The notes: generated from the letters alone by a model not told the origin. DNA of 64,000 bases from Acidobacteriota bacterium (GCA_965209055.1 OZ242374.1:2016001-2080000), one strand, 5' to 3'; shown: positions 8,819-19,013, counted from the first letter of the stretch. Made by a program: numbers and translations.

Positions 8819-9394
8819 ATGAGCATAGCTACAATGCGCGGCGATGCCGGCGAGACCGGCTTGGCCGGCGGGATCCGGGTTTCGAAATCTTTCATTCGGG
8901 TCGAGGCCTACGGGACGGTCGACGAGCTCAACTCGAACGTTGGGTTTGCACGCTCGATCTGCCCGGACGAGCCGACGAAAGCGCTTCTCAAAGAGATCCA
9001 GCGCGAGCTGTTCCTGGTCGGTTCCGCCTTGGCGACGCCCCCGGAGAGCCCCAAGAAGCAGCCGGTCATCACGGCGGACATGGTCGACCGGCTGACGGCG
9101 GAGATCCACCGCATCGAGGCGATGGACGGCGTTCTCGACGACTGGTCGATCCCCGGCGAGCACACGGTGTCGGCCGCTCTGGATGTGGCTCGAACCGTAT
9201 GCCGCCGAGCGGAGCGCTGCGCCGTCCGGCTCGCTGAATCGGGCGAGCACGTGCGTCCGGTAATCCTCGCCTACTTGAATCGCCTCTCCGACCTGCTCTG
9301 GATTCTCGGCCGCCTGATCGAGAAGGAGCAGGGCCTGGATGCGAGGTTGCGGACGTCGGAGAACGCCGGCCCGCGCTGGTCCCGGGCCTGGTGA
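8819..9394 (+). CDS. pduO: PduO-type ATP:cob(I)alamin adenosyltransferase
   Basis: T.RGD.GET.L, YGTVDELNS..G, ARTVCRRAER and YLNRLSD motifs, with an AAGGAGG RBS. Confidence 0.93.
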   Translation: MSIATMRGDAGETGLAGGIRVSKSFIRVEAYGTVDELNSNVGFARSICPDEPTKALLKEIQRELFLVGSALATPPESPKKQPVITADMVDRLTAEIHRIEAMDGVLDDWSIPGEHTVSAALDVARTVCRRAERCAVRLAESGEHVRPVILAYLNRLSDLLWILGRLIEKEQGLDARLRTSENAGPRWSRAW

Positions 9395-9398
9395 TCCG

Positions 9399-12300
9399 AT
9401 GATCGCCTACATTACGGCGGCCGAGACCGAGCGGCTCACGCTCGACCAGGCTTTCGCACGCATGCCGGACGGCTTCCCGGGTCTCCGGACGTTCGCCAGC
9501 CAGCGTCTCCAGACCGATGAGCAACTCGCCGAGATGCTCGAGTCCGAGCGGGCCGCGCGCCTGTTCGTCGTGCGCATCCTCGGCGGCCGGCCCTATTTTG
9601 AGAAGGGCTACGAGCGGATCGGCGAGCACTGCCGCAGCCGGCGCCTCCCGCTGCTGGCGGTCCCCGGCGACCAGCAACCGGATCCCGAGCTTGCCGCGCT
9701 GTCCAACATCCCGCTCGCCGACCAGACCCAGGCGCTCGAATACCTGGTCGACGGCGGGGTTGAGAACTACGAGAACCTGCTGCGCTACCTGAGCGACGTC
9801 TACCTGTCGACGGCGCTCGGCTTCGACGCGCCCCGGCGCGATCCCCGGCACGGGCTCTACCATCCGGCGGCCGAGGATCGGCGCGCTTGCGCGACGCTGC
9901 CGCTCGCCGAGTTTCGCAGGCGCTACTGGCGGCCCGGCCGGCCCGCGACCGGTCTTCTGTTCTACCGCGCGCACTGGCAGAGCGGAAACCTGGCGGCGAT
10001 CGATCAGCTCGTAGAGGCTCTGGACCGCGCCGGGTCGAATGCGTTGCCGGTCTTCTGCTATAGCCTGCGCGATCAGCAAGGCGCCGAAGCCGGCGAGGGG
10101 CGGGGGTTGTTCGAGACCTACTTCCGCGAGAACGGCGAGCCTGCCGTGGACTGCGTCGTCACCTTGCTGGGCTATTCGCTGGCGGATCTCGAGCGGCAGG
10201 AGCGCACGACCATTGCGCGGCCGGAGATGGCGAAGCTCGGCGTCCCCATCCTGCAAGCCGTCAGCACGATGCAGGCGGTCACGGCGTGGCGCGAGAACGA
10301 GGCGGGCATGACGCCGCTCGACGCGGCCATGTATGTCGTGATGCCGGAGTTCGACGGCCGGCTGATCACGTCCGCCGTGGCCTTCCGGGAAGACGAGGCC
10401 GGCGAAAACGGCTCCGGGCGGCGCTCCGTTTCGTTGCCCGATCGCGCCGATGCGCTGGCGCGCTTGGCGCACAGGCATTCGCAACTGCGCCGCAAGCCGA
10501 ACCGGGAAAAGCGGCTCGCCCTGGTGCTGACCAACTTTGCCAACAAGCAGGGCCGCATCGGTTCGGCCGTGGGGCTGGACACGCCGGCGTCCGTCGTCGA
10601 GCTGTTGAAAGCGCTCAAGGCTCGCGGCTACGAAGTCGGCCACATCCCCGCCGACGGCGACGAACTGATGCAGCGCCTCATCGCGCAGGGCGGATACGAT
10701 CGCGAGTTTCTTACCGACGACCAGATTGCGGCGTCGGAGGCGAGCTACACCGTCGAGCGGTACGGCCGCTGGTTCGACGGGTTCCCGGCAGAGAACCGCA
10801 CAGCGCTCGTGCAGCGGTGGCAGCCCGCGCCCGGCGTCTACTTTCGCTCTGGCAACCGGCTCTACCTGGCCGGCATCCGGCTCGGCAACGTCTTCGTGAT
10901 GATCCAGCCGCCGCGGGGCTTCGGCGAGAATCCGCTTGAGGTCTACCACTCCGGCGAGCTCATCCCGACGCACCACTACCTGGGCGTCTACGGCTGGTTG
11001 CGCGACGAGTTCCAGGCTGACGCGGTGGTCCAGTGCGGCAAGCACGGCACGCTCGAGTGGCTGCCGGGCAAGGCGCTCGGGCTGTCGGAGGAATGCTGGC
11101 CCGAGCTTGCCATTCAGGACCTTCCGGTCTTCTACCCATTCATCATCAACGACCCCGGCGAAGGCTCGCAGGCCAAGCGGCGGATGCACGCCTGCATCAT
11201 CGACCACCTGATCCCGCCGATGACGCAGGCGGAAACGTACGACGAGCTCGCCAAGCTCCAACAACTCCTCGGGGCATTCGCCAACGCCGAGCAGGTCGAT
11301 CCCGACAAGCTGCCGTTGATCATGGACGAGATCTGGGAGGTCGTCGTCGAGGCGAACCTGCACGTCGACCTGGGCGCCGATGCCAAACCGGAAGAAGACG
11401 ACTACGGTGACTTTATCCAGCACATTGACGGCTACCTCTGCGAGATCGGCGACATGCAGATCCGCGACGGACTGCACGTGCTCGGCCGGCCGCCGGAAGG
11501 CGAGCAGCTTGTCAACCTGGCGCTGGCGCTGGTCCGTCTCGATGCTCCCGGCGTCGCCGGGCTGCGCGGCGCCGTCGCCCGCGATCTCGGGCTCGACTAC
11601 GAGACGCTGAACGACCGTGACCGGTTCGGCGAGAGTTGGCCGGACGGCCGCCCCGCCTTCTATGGGGTGCTGCCCGCGGATACCGCTTGGCGGACGCGGG
11701 GCGACATCCTCACCGGTCTCGAACAATTGTGCCGACGCTTGGTCGAGACCCTCGCCGCGCGGGGCTTTGCGCCCGACGCGGTCGATTCGGTTGCGGAGCG
11801 GTTCGGACTGACGGCCGACGGCGCGGCGCGCGCCACGCTGGGGCAGTTGGCGGCGGTCATCCTCCCCAACGTGCTGCGGTCGACCGAGGAGATCGGCAAC
11901 TTGCTCGATGGGCTCGAAGGCCGGTTCGTACCGCCCGGGCCGAGCGGTGCGCCGACCCGCGGGATGGCCAACGTGCTGCCCACGGGCCGCAACTTCTACT
12001 CGGTCGACGCCCGCGCCGTGCCCTCGCCCTTCGCCTGGAAGGTCGGCCGCAAACTCGGCGACCGGCTGATCGAGAGCTACCGGGAGCGCCACGGCCGGCC
12101 CCCGCGCGCCATCGGCATCACGGTCTGGGGCACCCCCAACATGCGCACTCAGGGCGACGACATCGCCGAGATCCTCTGGCTGCTGGGCGTCGAGCCGGTG
12201 TGGGAGCGCGAGAACGGCCGCGTCGTCGACCTGCGCGTCGTCCCGCTCGAAGAGCTCGGCCGGCCGCGGGTGGACGTCACCGTGCGGATGTCCGGCTTCT

Positions 12301-13202
12301 TCCGGGACGCCTTTCCCGGCGTCGTCCAGATGGTGGATCGGGCGGTGAACATGGTCGCCGACCTCGACGAGCCCGACGAAGACAACGCCGTGCGAGAGCG
12401 CACGCGCGCCGACGAGCAAAGCCTGGCCGCGTCCGGCGCGGCGCCCGACGACGCCCGCGCCCGCTCGCGTTACCGCCTGTTTTCCAATAAGCCCGGCGCG
12501 TACGGGACCGGCATTCTCAACGCCATCGCCGACGGCGCCTGGGAATCGGTCGACGACCTCTCGTCCATCTACCTCGAGTGGGGCGGTTTCGCCTACACGA
12601 ACAAGACGTATGGCAAGCCGGCGCTGGAAGAGTTCAAGACGCGGCTCGCAGCCTCGGAAGTCGCCGTCCAGAACCTCGACAACCGGGAGCATGACATCTT
12701 TGACAGCGACGACTACCTGCAGTTCCACGGCGGGATGGTCGCCGCGATTCGCACCCTGACCGGCCGCAGGCCCGATGCCGTACTGGGCGACTCGTCCAAT
12801 CCCGAGCAGGTTCACGTCGACGACCTGGCGAAAGAGGCCCGGCGCATTTTCCGGGCCCGCGTGGCGAACCCGAAGTGGCTCAAGTCGATCCGTCGCCACG
12901 GCTACAAGGGCGCGCTCGAGATGGCCGCGACGGTCGACTACCTGTTCGGCTACGACGCCACCGCCGACATCGTCGACGACTGGATGTACGAGGACATGGC
13001 GCAGAAGTACGCCCTCGACGAAGAGAGCCGCCGCTTTCTCGAGCAGAGCAACCCGTGGGCGCTGCGCGAGCTGACGGGCCGGCTGATCGAGGCCGGCGCC
13101 CGCGGCCTTTGGAGCGAGCCCAAGGCGGAAACGCTTGACGCGCTCAAGCAGGCCTACCTTTCCACCGAGGGAGCGCTCGAGGAACAGGGAGGTCGGAGCT
13201 AG
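9399..13202 (+). CDS. cobN: Cobaltochelatase large subunit CobN
   Basis: PEFDGR, GLDTPAS, QPPRG, GKHGTLEWLPGK, NDPGEG.QAKRR, DHL.PP, GPSGAPTRG, LPTGRNFY, GFFRD and NPKW...HGYKGA motifs. Confidence 0.96.
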   Translation: MIAYITAAETERLTLDQAFARMPDGFPGLRTFASQRLQTDEQLAEMLESERAARLFVVRILGGRPYFEKGYERIGEHCRSRRLPLLAVPGDQQPDPELAALSNIPLADQTQALEYLVDGGVENYENLLRYLSDVYLSTALGFDAPRRDPRHGLYHPAAEDRRACATLPLAEFRRRYWRPGRPATGLLFYRAHWQSGNLAAIDQLVEALDRAGSNALPVFCYSLRDQQGAEAGEGRGLFETYFRENGEPAVDCVVTLLGYSLADLERQERTTIARPEMAKLGVPILQAVSTMQAVTAWRENEAGMTPLDAAMYVVMPEFDGRLITSAVAFREDEAGENGSGRRSVSLPDRADALARLAHRHSQLRRKPNREKRLALVLTNFANKQGRIGSAVGLDTPASVVELLKALKARGYEVGHIPADGDELMQRLIAQGGYDREFLTDDQIAASEASYTVERYGRWFDGFPAENRTALVQRWQPAPGVYFRSGNRLYLAGIRLGNVFVMIQPPRGFGENPLEVYHSGELIPTHHYLGVYGWLRDEFQADAVVQCGKHGTLEWLPGKALGLSEECWPELAIQDLPVFYPFIINDPGEGSQAKRRMHACIIDHLIPPMTQAETYDELAKLQQLLGAFANAEQVDPDKLPLIMDEIWEVVVEANLHVDLGADAKPEEDDYGDFIQHIDGYLCEIGDMQIRDGLHVLGRPPEGEQLVNLALALVRLDAPGVAGLRGAVARDLGLDYETLNDRDRFGESWPDGRPAFYGVLPADTAWRTRGDILTGLEQLCRRLVETLAARGFAPDAVDSVAERFGLTADGAARATLGQLAAVILPNVLRSTEEIGNLLDGLEGRFVPPGPSGAPTRGMANVLPTGRNFYSVDARAVPSPFAWKVGRKLGDRLIESYRERHGRPPRAIGITVWGTPNMRTQGDDIAEILWLLGVEPVWERENGRVVDLRVVPLEELGRPRVDVTVRMSGFFRDAFPGVVQMVDRAVNMVADLDEPDEDNAVRERTRADEQSLAASGAAPDDARARSRYRLFSNKPGAYGTGILNAIADGAWESVDDLSSIYLEWGGFAYTNKTYGKPALEEFKTRLAASEVAVQNLDNREHDIFDSDDYLQFHGGMVAAIRTLTGRRPDAVLGDSSNPEQVHVDDLAKEARRIFRARVANPKWLKSIRRHGYKGALEMAATVDYLFGYDATADIVDDWMYEDMAQKYALDEESRRFLEQSNPWALRELTGRLIEAGARGLWSEPKAETLDALKQAYLSTEGALEEQGGRS

Positions 13203-15085
13203 TGCTCTTTCCGTTCAGCGCAATCGTGGGGCAGGAGCGCATGAAACGCGCGCTGATCTTCAACGCCGTCGATCCGTCGATCGGCGGCGTGCTGATCAAC
13301 GGGACGCGCGGCACGGCCAAGTCGACGGCCGCGCGGGCGCTGGCGGCGCTGCTGCCGCCCATCGATGTCGCCGAAGGCGATCCGTTCCACCGGGAGCCGG
13401 CGGGCGACGACGCTGTCGCGCAGATCCCGACGCCCTTCGTCAACCTGCCACTCGGTTCGACCGAAGACCGCCTCCTCGGATCCCTGGATATCCAGCGGGC
13501 GCTTCAGCACGGCGAGAAGCACTTCGAGCCCGGCCTGCTGGCTGCCGCGCACCGCGGCGTGCTTTACGTCGACGAGGTCAATCTGCTACCGGACCACCTG
13601 GTCGACGTACTGCTCGACGCCGTGGCGATGGGGGTCAACCGGATCGAGCGCGAAGGCGTCTCGTTCGAGCACCCGGCCAGGGTCATCCTGGTCGGCACGA
13701 TGAATCCCGAGGAGGGAGAGCTGCGTCCGCAGCTTCTCGACCGCTTCGGGTTGTTCGCCCAGGCCGAAAACTACCTTGACCTGGCGGAGCGGAAAGAAGT
13801 CGTGCGCCGGCGCATGCGGTTCGACGATGCGCCGGACGAGATCGTGGCCGAGTGGACCTCGAGCGACAAGCAACTGGCCGCGAGCATCGTCCGAGCCCGC
13901 AGCGGTTTGCTGACGGTCGCAACGCCGGAAGAGCGCTTCGACCAGATCGCTGAGCTGGCGGCTGAAGCCCGCGTCGACGGCTTGCGGGCCGACATCGTGA
14001 TGGTCAAGACCGCGCGGGCTGCAGCAGCCTTCGAAGGTTCCGGCGAGGTCACCGCAGCGCACGTCGAGGAGGCCGCCGAGCTGACGCTGGGCCACCGCCG
14101 CCGCTCGCAGGCTGAGCCGCCTCCGCCGCACGGCCGCACTCCGCAACCGGCGCCGCCGGCGCCCCAGCCTCCCCGGCGGCCGTCGCCGAGCGAGCGCCGG
14201 GAGGAGGGCAGGGGGCAAGAGGATTCGTCCCGAAATCTGGCCGGCGCGCGGGAATCGCACTTTGCCGTCGGATCACCGCTCGAAACGCGATTGCCGTCGC
14301 CGCTTGCTCGTCGCGGGCCGAATCAGGGCTCGCCTCAGGGCCGCCGCTCCGGGCCCTTGGCTTGCCGGCCCTCGGGCGCGTTCGTGCGGGCCGTCGAGCC
14401 TCGTCCCGGCGACTCGCTGACGATCGCCCCGATGGCCACGCTTCAAGCCGCGGCGCTCGAAGGCGTCCCGCTGGCGCCGCGGCACCTGCGCGTCAAACAG
14501 CGCAGGTCGCGTCGCCGCAACCTGTTGCTGTTCGTGGTCGACGCATCGGGCTCCATGGCCGCTTCCGAGCGCATGCGGGCCGCCAAAGGGGCCGTGTGCG
14601 GTCTGCTCGAAGAGGCGTATCGGAAACGCGACGTGGTCGGCCTGGTTGCCTTCCGCGGCGAAGGCGCCGAAGAGCTTCTCGCGCCCACGCGCAGCGCCGT
14701 CCTGGCGTATCGCCGTCTGAGCGAGCTGCCGACAGGAGGCCGGACGCCGCTCGCGGCCGGGCTCGCCAAGGCGCTTCAGATCGTCGCGCGACGCCAGAGC
14801 CAGGAGGCGGAGCTGACGCCCTACCTGGTCGTCGTCACCGACGGACGGGCGACGTGGCCTCGCGGCGCGGCCTGGGCCGAGGCGCTCGAACAGGCCGCTC
14901 GCATCGCCCGCAAGAAGATTGCGGCGTTGTGCATCGACACCGAGTCCGGCCTGGTGCGGCTCGGCCAGACCCCCGCGCTGGCGCGCGCCATGGACGCAAC
15001 CTGTTGCCACATCTCCGGCCTGCCTCCCCGGGAGTGGAGCCACGTCATCCGCGAATGGGTCCAGCTTTCCGGAGGCGACCGATGA
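13202..15085 (+). CDS. ChlI/ChlD-type chelatase AAA+ ATPase with Pro-rich linker and vWA domain (putative cobaltochelatase partner)
   Basis: FPFSAIVGQ, G.RGTAKST, LYVDEVNLL, GTMNPEEGELRPQLLDRFG, a poly-Pro linker, DASGSM (MIDAS), GG.TPLA.GL and TDGR. Confidence 0.9.
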   Translation: MLFPFSAIVGQERMKRALIFNAVDPSIGGVLINGTRGTAKSTAARALAALLPPIDVAEGDPFHREPAGDDAVAQIPTPFVNLPLGSTEDRLLGSLDIQRALQHGEKHFEPGLLAAAHRGVLYVDEVNLLPDHLVDVLLDAVAMGVNRIEREGVSFEHPARVILVGTMNPEEGELRPQLLDRFGLFAQAENYLDLAERKEVVRRRMRFDDAPDEIVAEWTSSDKQLAASIVRARSGLLTVATPEERFDQIAELAAEARVDGLRADIVMVKTARAAAAFEGSGEVTAAHVEEAAELTLGHRRRSQAEPPPPHGRTPQPAPPAPQPPRRPSPSERREEGRGQEDSSRNLAGARESHFAVGSPLETRLPSPLARRGPNQGSPQGRRSGPLACRPSGAFVRAVEPRPGDSLTIAPMATLQAAALEGVPLAPRHLRVKQRRSRRRNLLLFVVDASGSMAASERMRAAKGAVCGLLEEAYRKRDVVGLVAFRGEGAEELLAPTRSAVLAYRRLSELPTGGRTPLAAGLAKALQIVARRQSQEAELTPYLVVVTDGRATWPRGAAWAEALEQAARIARKKIAALCIDTESGLVRLGQTPALARAMDATCCHISGLPPREWSHVIREWVQLSGGDR

Positions 15086-15951
15086 GAAGGCGATGGCTCC
15101 TTGCGGTCCTGGCGATCGCGATCGGGTGTTCGAGCCAGGCCGAGCGGCACGTCCCCGCGCCGAGGCTCGCGAAGCCGCAGCGCATCGCTTCTCTGTCACT
15201 CGGAACGGACGAGATCCTCTGCGCCTTGGTCAGCCCGGAAAGGATCGTCGGGCTGTCGCGGCATTCGGACAATCCGAAAGTCAGCCACGTCGCCGAAATC
15301 GCCCGCCGAGTCGGCGCCACCCTCGACCGCGATCCCGAGCGGATCGTCGCCCTCGAGCCCGACCTGGTGCTGGCGGCGCGCTACTCGAAGATCGAGCTGC
15401 GCGAGCTGGTCAACCAGACCGGCGCGCCGGTGGTGGTGAGCACGGCATTCGTTTCGTTCTCCGACATCCAAGACAACATCGCGAACATCGGGCGCGCGGT
15501 CGGCGAGCCTGAACGCGCCGCGGACTTGATCGCGGAAATGGACCTTCGGCTTGCTGACGCCGCCGGCCGGCCGGAGTCTCCGCGCGAAGGCTGGAGGCTG
15601 CTCTACTACGCGCCGTCCGGCTGGACGGCCGGCGACCGGACGACGGTGGACGAGGTGATTCGCGCGGCCGGTTACCGCAATGCCGCCGCGACGGCCGGCA
15701 TCTCCAGTCACCAGAAGATCACGCCCGAGAAAGTGCTCGAAATCGACCCCGACGCCCTGCTCATCGGCGTCGGGTACGCCCGCGACACAGGCTTTCGCGA
15801 GCGGCTTGAAGCCGACCCGCAACTGGCAACGCTCGCCGCCCTCCACAAGGGGCGCATCGCCGAGTTGCCTGCCAAGCGGCTGCTCTCGGTCTCCCAACAT
15901 CTGGCGGAAGCCGTCCCGGCGCTCGTTGACGCCGTCGAGGCACTGCCTTAA
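15082..15951 (+). CDS. btuF: BtuF-like ABC substrate-binding lipoprotein 1
   Basis: Lipobox IAIGC, PQRIASL...TDEIL and E.IVALEPDLV motifs; ATGA overlap with the upstream gene. Confidence 0.8.
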   Translation: MRRRWLLAVLAIAIGCSSQAERHVPAPRLAKPQRIASLSLGTDEILCALVSPERIVGLSRHSDNPKVSHVAEIARRVGATLDRDPERIVALEPDLVLAARYSKIELRELVNQTGAPVVVSTAFVSFSDIQDNIANIGRAVGEPERAADLIAEMDLRLADAAGRPESPREGWRLLYYAPSGWTAGDRTTVDEVIRAAGYRNAAATAGISSHQKITPEKVLEIDPDALLIGVGYARDTGFRERLEADPQLATLAALHKGRIAELPAKRLLSVSQHLAEAVPALVDAVEALP

Positions 15952-15971
15952 CCCCGCACGGATGAAAACCC

Positions 15972-18404
15972 ATGAAATCCCGATTCCTTCTCGATTGTTC
16001 CACTCCCGCGCTTCTTGCCGGCCTGCTGGCAGCCGTCTTGACGCCAGTCGCGCTGTTGGCCGACAGCATCTCAGGCCGCGTGCTCGACCCCGACGGTTTG
16101 GCGGTCTCCAATGCCCGCATCCGGCTCTTCGACCGCAACAGCGGCGAGCTGCGGAAAACGATCAGCCGCGGCGACGGCTCCTATTTGATTCAAGGCGTGC
16201 CGGACGGCCAATACCTGATCGAGGCGGGCACCGAGGATGCCGTGTTGAGCGGTCAGCAGCTGATCCGGGTCGAGGGCGCACAGACGGTTGACCTGGAGCT
16301 GGAGATCTCCGGCGCCGAGGTGGAGGTCGTCGTGACGGCGTCGAGCACTCCGCTGACGCTGGAAGAGGTCGCCAAGGCGCTCGACGTCGTCGACTCCGAG
16401 CAGATCGCGCTTCGCAATGAGTTCGCCCTCTCGGAAGCCATCCGGAACATACCGGGTGTGCGGGTGCAGCAGCTCCGGGGCCCCGGAAGCTTCACCACGG
16501 TGCAGACCCGCGGCTTGCGCAACCACGACACGGCCGTCCTCATCGACGGGCTGCGCTTCCGTGACGCGGCAGGGACGCAGGGCGACGCGACGTCCTTTTA
16601 CCAGAACATGAATATCGTCGACACCGAACGCGTCGAGTTCTTGCGCGGCTCCGGCTCGTCGCTCTACGGCTCACACGCCATCGGCGGCGTGATGAATATC
16701 AGCTCGAGCCAGGGCGGCGGCCGTCCGCACGGCGAGTTCCGCGCCGAAGGCGGCGGGCTCGGCATGAGGCGCGGAGTCGGCCGCATCGGCGGGGGCCTCG
16801 CGGACGACCGCTTCGTCTACAGTGGCGGCTTCTCCCACTTGAACGTCGTCGACGGCTATCGCGGCGGAAGCCCGTATCGGAACAACAGCGCGCAGGGATT
16901 CGCCAAGGTTTCGTTCAATCCGAAGGTTTCATTGAGCGGGCGAGTGTGGGGCTCCGATGCCATTCTCGGGCTGACCGAGAGCCCCGCTTTCCCCGATTCC
17001 GTCGTCGCCAACTTCCCTGCGGCAGGTAACGTGCCGGCGCGCCCGCTGCCCAATTCCGAGCTCAGCCGTTTCGAGCAGGGAATGCCCTTCAATGCCGGCT
17101 CGGCGACCTTCGTTCCCGCTCAAATCGACCCGGACAACCGCCGCGTCTCGTCTTTCCTGGCGACGGCGTTGATCTTTCAGCACCAGCTCACGCCGGACGG
17201 CTCGTATCGGTTCTCCTACCAGAACGTCGACACCAACCGCTCCTTCCAAGACGGTCCGGCCGGTCCCGGGCGGTTCGATCCGGTGTTCAACAACGACAGC
17301 CGATTCGACGGGCAGACACACACCTTCCAGGCGCGCACCGACCACCGTTTGGGCGCCTACAACCAAGTCACTCTCGGCTATGAGTACGAGGACGAGAAGT
17401 ACTTCAATTTCAATACCGACGAGAGCCCATCACCGCCCGACAGCACGATCGACATCGACCAGGCGAGCCACGCACTGTTCGCGCAAAACCAGATTCGCCT
17501 GTTGCAGGGCGCGCTGATCGTCTCGCTCTCGGGCCGAATTCAGTTCTTCGATCTCGGCTTGCCGCGGTTCTCCGGAACGCAGAGCCCGTATGAAGACACG
17601 GAGGTCGACACCCCGGCCAGCGCCTACACCGGCGACGCCGCCGTGGCCTACTTCGTACGGGGCAGTCAGACCAAGCTGCGCGCCCACGTCGGCAACAGCT
17701 TCCGGGCGCCGTCGCTGTACGAGCGCTTCGGGGGCTCGTTCTCGTCGTTCTCCGGGGGGTTCAACTATTGGGGCGACCCGCGTCTGAATCCTGAGCGTGC
17801 GATCTCGGTCGACGGCGGCATCGACCAGTGGTTGTTCGGCTCGAAATGGCGGATGAGCGGGACGTTCTTCTACACCAACCTGCACGAGACCGTGATTTTC
17901 GATTTCGCCAATTTCCCCGCGAACGACATCTTCGGCCGCTTCGGCGGTTACCGGAACGCCGGCGGCGGCATCGCGCGCGGCGTCGAGTTCAGCACCCAGG
18001 TCTCGCCGACGTCCCGCACCAGAATTCAGGCGGCGTACACCTACACAAACTCGGATTCACGCACCCCGACGATCGGCGCCGACTACTTCCAGATCCCGGG
18101 GCTTTCCAAGCACGTCTACACGTTGACCGCAACCCAGTGGATTGCGAAGCGGTTCAACGTCACCTTCGACCTGTTCGCCGCCAGCGACTACATCCTCTCG
18201 CCGTTCGGCGCGCGCCGCCGCCTCATGCTCTTCGACGGCCCCGTAAAGGCCGACGTTGTCTTCCGGTATGACCTCCCGGTCGCCGACCAGAGAACCCTCG
18301 AGCTGTACGTCAAAGTCGAAAACGTCTTCGACAACGACATCTACGAGGACGGATTCGGATCGCCCGGCGCTTGGGCGATCGGCGGGATTTGCTTCAAGTT
18401 CTAG
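15972..18404 (+). CDS. btuB: TonB-dependent receptor, BtuB-like, with N-terminal carboxypeptidase-regulatory-like domain
   Basis: Signal peptide, VVVTAS TonB-box region, plug (RGL...TAVLIDG, ERVEFLRGSGSSLYGS.AIGGV.NI), FRAPSLYE, L.PE and a C-terminal F. Lies in a B12-riboswitch operon. Confidence 0.85.
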   Translation: MKSRFLLDCSTPALLAGLLAAVLTPVALLADSISGRVLDPDGLAVSNARIRLFDRNSGELRKTISRGDGSYLIQGVPDGQYLIEAGTEDAVLSGQQLIRVEGAQTVDLELEISGAEVEVVVTASSTPLTLEEVAKALDVVDSEQIALRNEFALSEAIRNIPGVRVQQLRGPGSFTTVQTRGLRNHDTAVLIDGLRFRDAAGTQGDATSFYQNMNIVDTERVEFLRGSGSSLYGSHAIGGVMNISSSQGGGRPHGEFRAEGGGLGMRRGVGRIGGGLADDRFVYSGGFSHLNVVDGYRGGSPYRNNSAQGFAKVSFNPKVSLSGRVWGSDAILGLTESPAFPDSVVANFPAAGNVPARPLPNSELSRFEQGMPFNAGSATFVPAQIDPDNRRVSSFLATALIFQHQLTPDGSYRFSYQNVDTNRSFQDGPAGPGRFDPVFNNDSRFDGQTHTFQARTDHRLGAYNQVTLGYEYEDEKYFNFNTDESPSPPDSTIDIDQASHALFAQNQIRLLQGALIVSLSGRIQFFDLGLPRFSGTQSPYEDTEVDTPASAYTGDAAVAYFVRGSQTKLRAHVGNSFRAPSLYERFGGSFSSFSGGFNYWGDPRLNPERAISVDGGIDQWLFGSKWRMSGTFFYTNLHETVIFDFANFPANDIFGRFGGYRNAGGGIARGVEFSTQVSPTSRTRIQAAYTYTNSDSRTPTIGADYFQIPGLSKHVYTLTATQWIAKRFNVTFDLFAASDYILSPFGARRRLMLFDGPVKADVVFRYDLPVADQRTLELYVKVENVFDNDIYEDGFGSPGAWAIGGICFKF

Positions 18405-18425
18405 ACCAGACCGGGGAGACGATCC

Positions 18426-19013
18426 ATGACGACCGCCAAGATCGACCGCAAGCTCGGCCACGAAGTCGAGCGCCATCCGGACGGCGCGCTGACACGCCAC
18501 ACCTACTTTGAACCGCATGAGGACGTCATGCGCGAGCTTGTCCGGGACCTGTTCGAGGAAAACTGGCGGCACATCGTCGTCGGCCCTTGCCTCGAAGGCG
18601 CCGTCTTCGAGGTCTGCTTCACCGAGAAGCCCAAGGTCCGCGTCAGCGACGGTTACCTGACGGTTGACTTGGGGCCCTGGCACTTTCATCTGTGCATCGG
18701 CAAGCACAAGGGCTCGCCGTCCGAGGAACTGCGCGAGAACCGGCCCGTCGCCTGCATTTCCCTGTGGGAACGGCGAGGCAAGGGTTGCCTCCACGGCCGG
18801 AGCTGGGGTTTGCGTCTGTGGAACGGCTACGGCGAGCAGATGACCACAGTCTTTCTGCCGAATCCCTGGCTGACCGATGACATGCAGGTTCTCAAGCAGC
18901 CCAACTGGAGCCGTCTCGAACTCTACTACCGGCTGCGCGAGAAGTACTTGGGCAAGGCGATTCCGGCGGACTTTGAGCAGGCCGCCAGCTCATCGTGGGA
19001 AGACCAGGGATGA
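18426..19013 (+). CDS. Cytoplasmic protein of unknown function, possibly HutX/ChuX-like fold
   Basis: No signal peptide; GAVFE, DGYLTVD.G.WHFHLCIG.H and SWGLRLWNG.GEQM..VFLPNP. Overlaps the next gene (ATGA). Confidence 0.7.
   Translation: MTTAKIDRKLGHEVERHPDGALTRHTYFEPHEDVMRELVRDLFEENWRHIVVGPCLEGAVFEVCFTEKPKVRVSDGYLTVDLGPWHFHLCIGKHKGSPSEELRENRPVACISLWERRGKGCLHGRSWGLRLWNGYGEQMTTVFLPNPWLTDDMQVLKQPNWSRLELYYRLREKYLGKAIPADFEQAASSSWEDQG

Noticed and set aside
9069-12899. 1276-aa minus-strand ORF, and many other long antisense or alternative-frame ORFs (e.g. 1465-2685, 22082-23329, 58981-60189)
   Set aside because: These are shadows of well-supported genes in high-GC DNA, with no recognisable motifs.
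14100-14230. Pro-rich low-complexity stretch as a repeat element
   Set aside because: It is the normal ChlD-type linker between the AAA+ and vWA domains.
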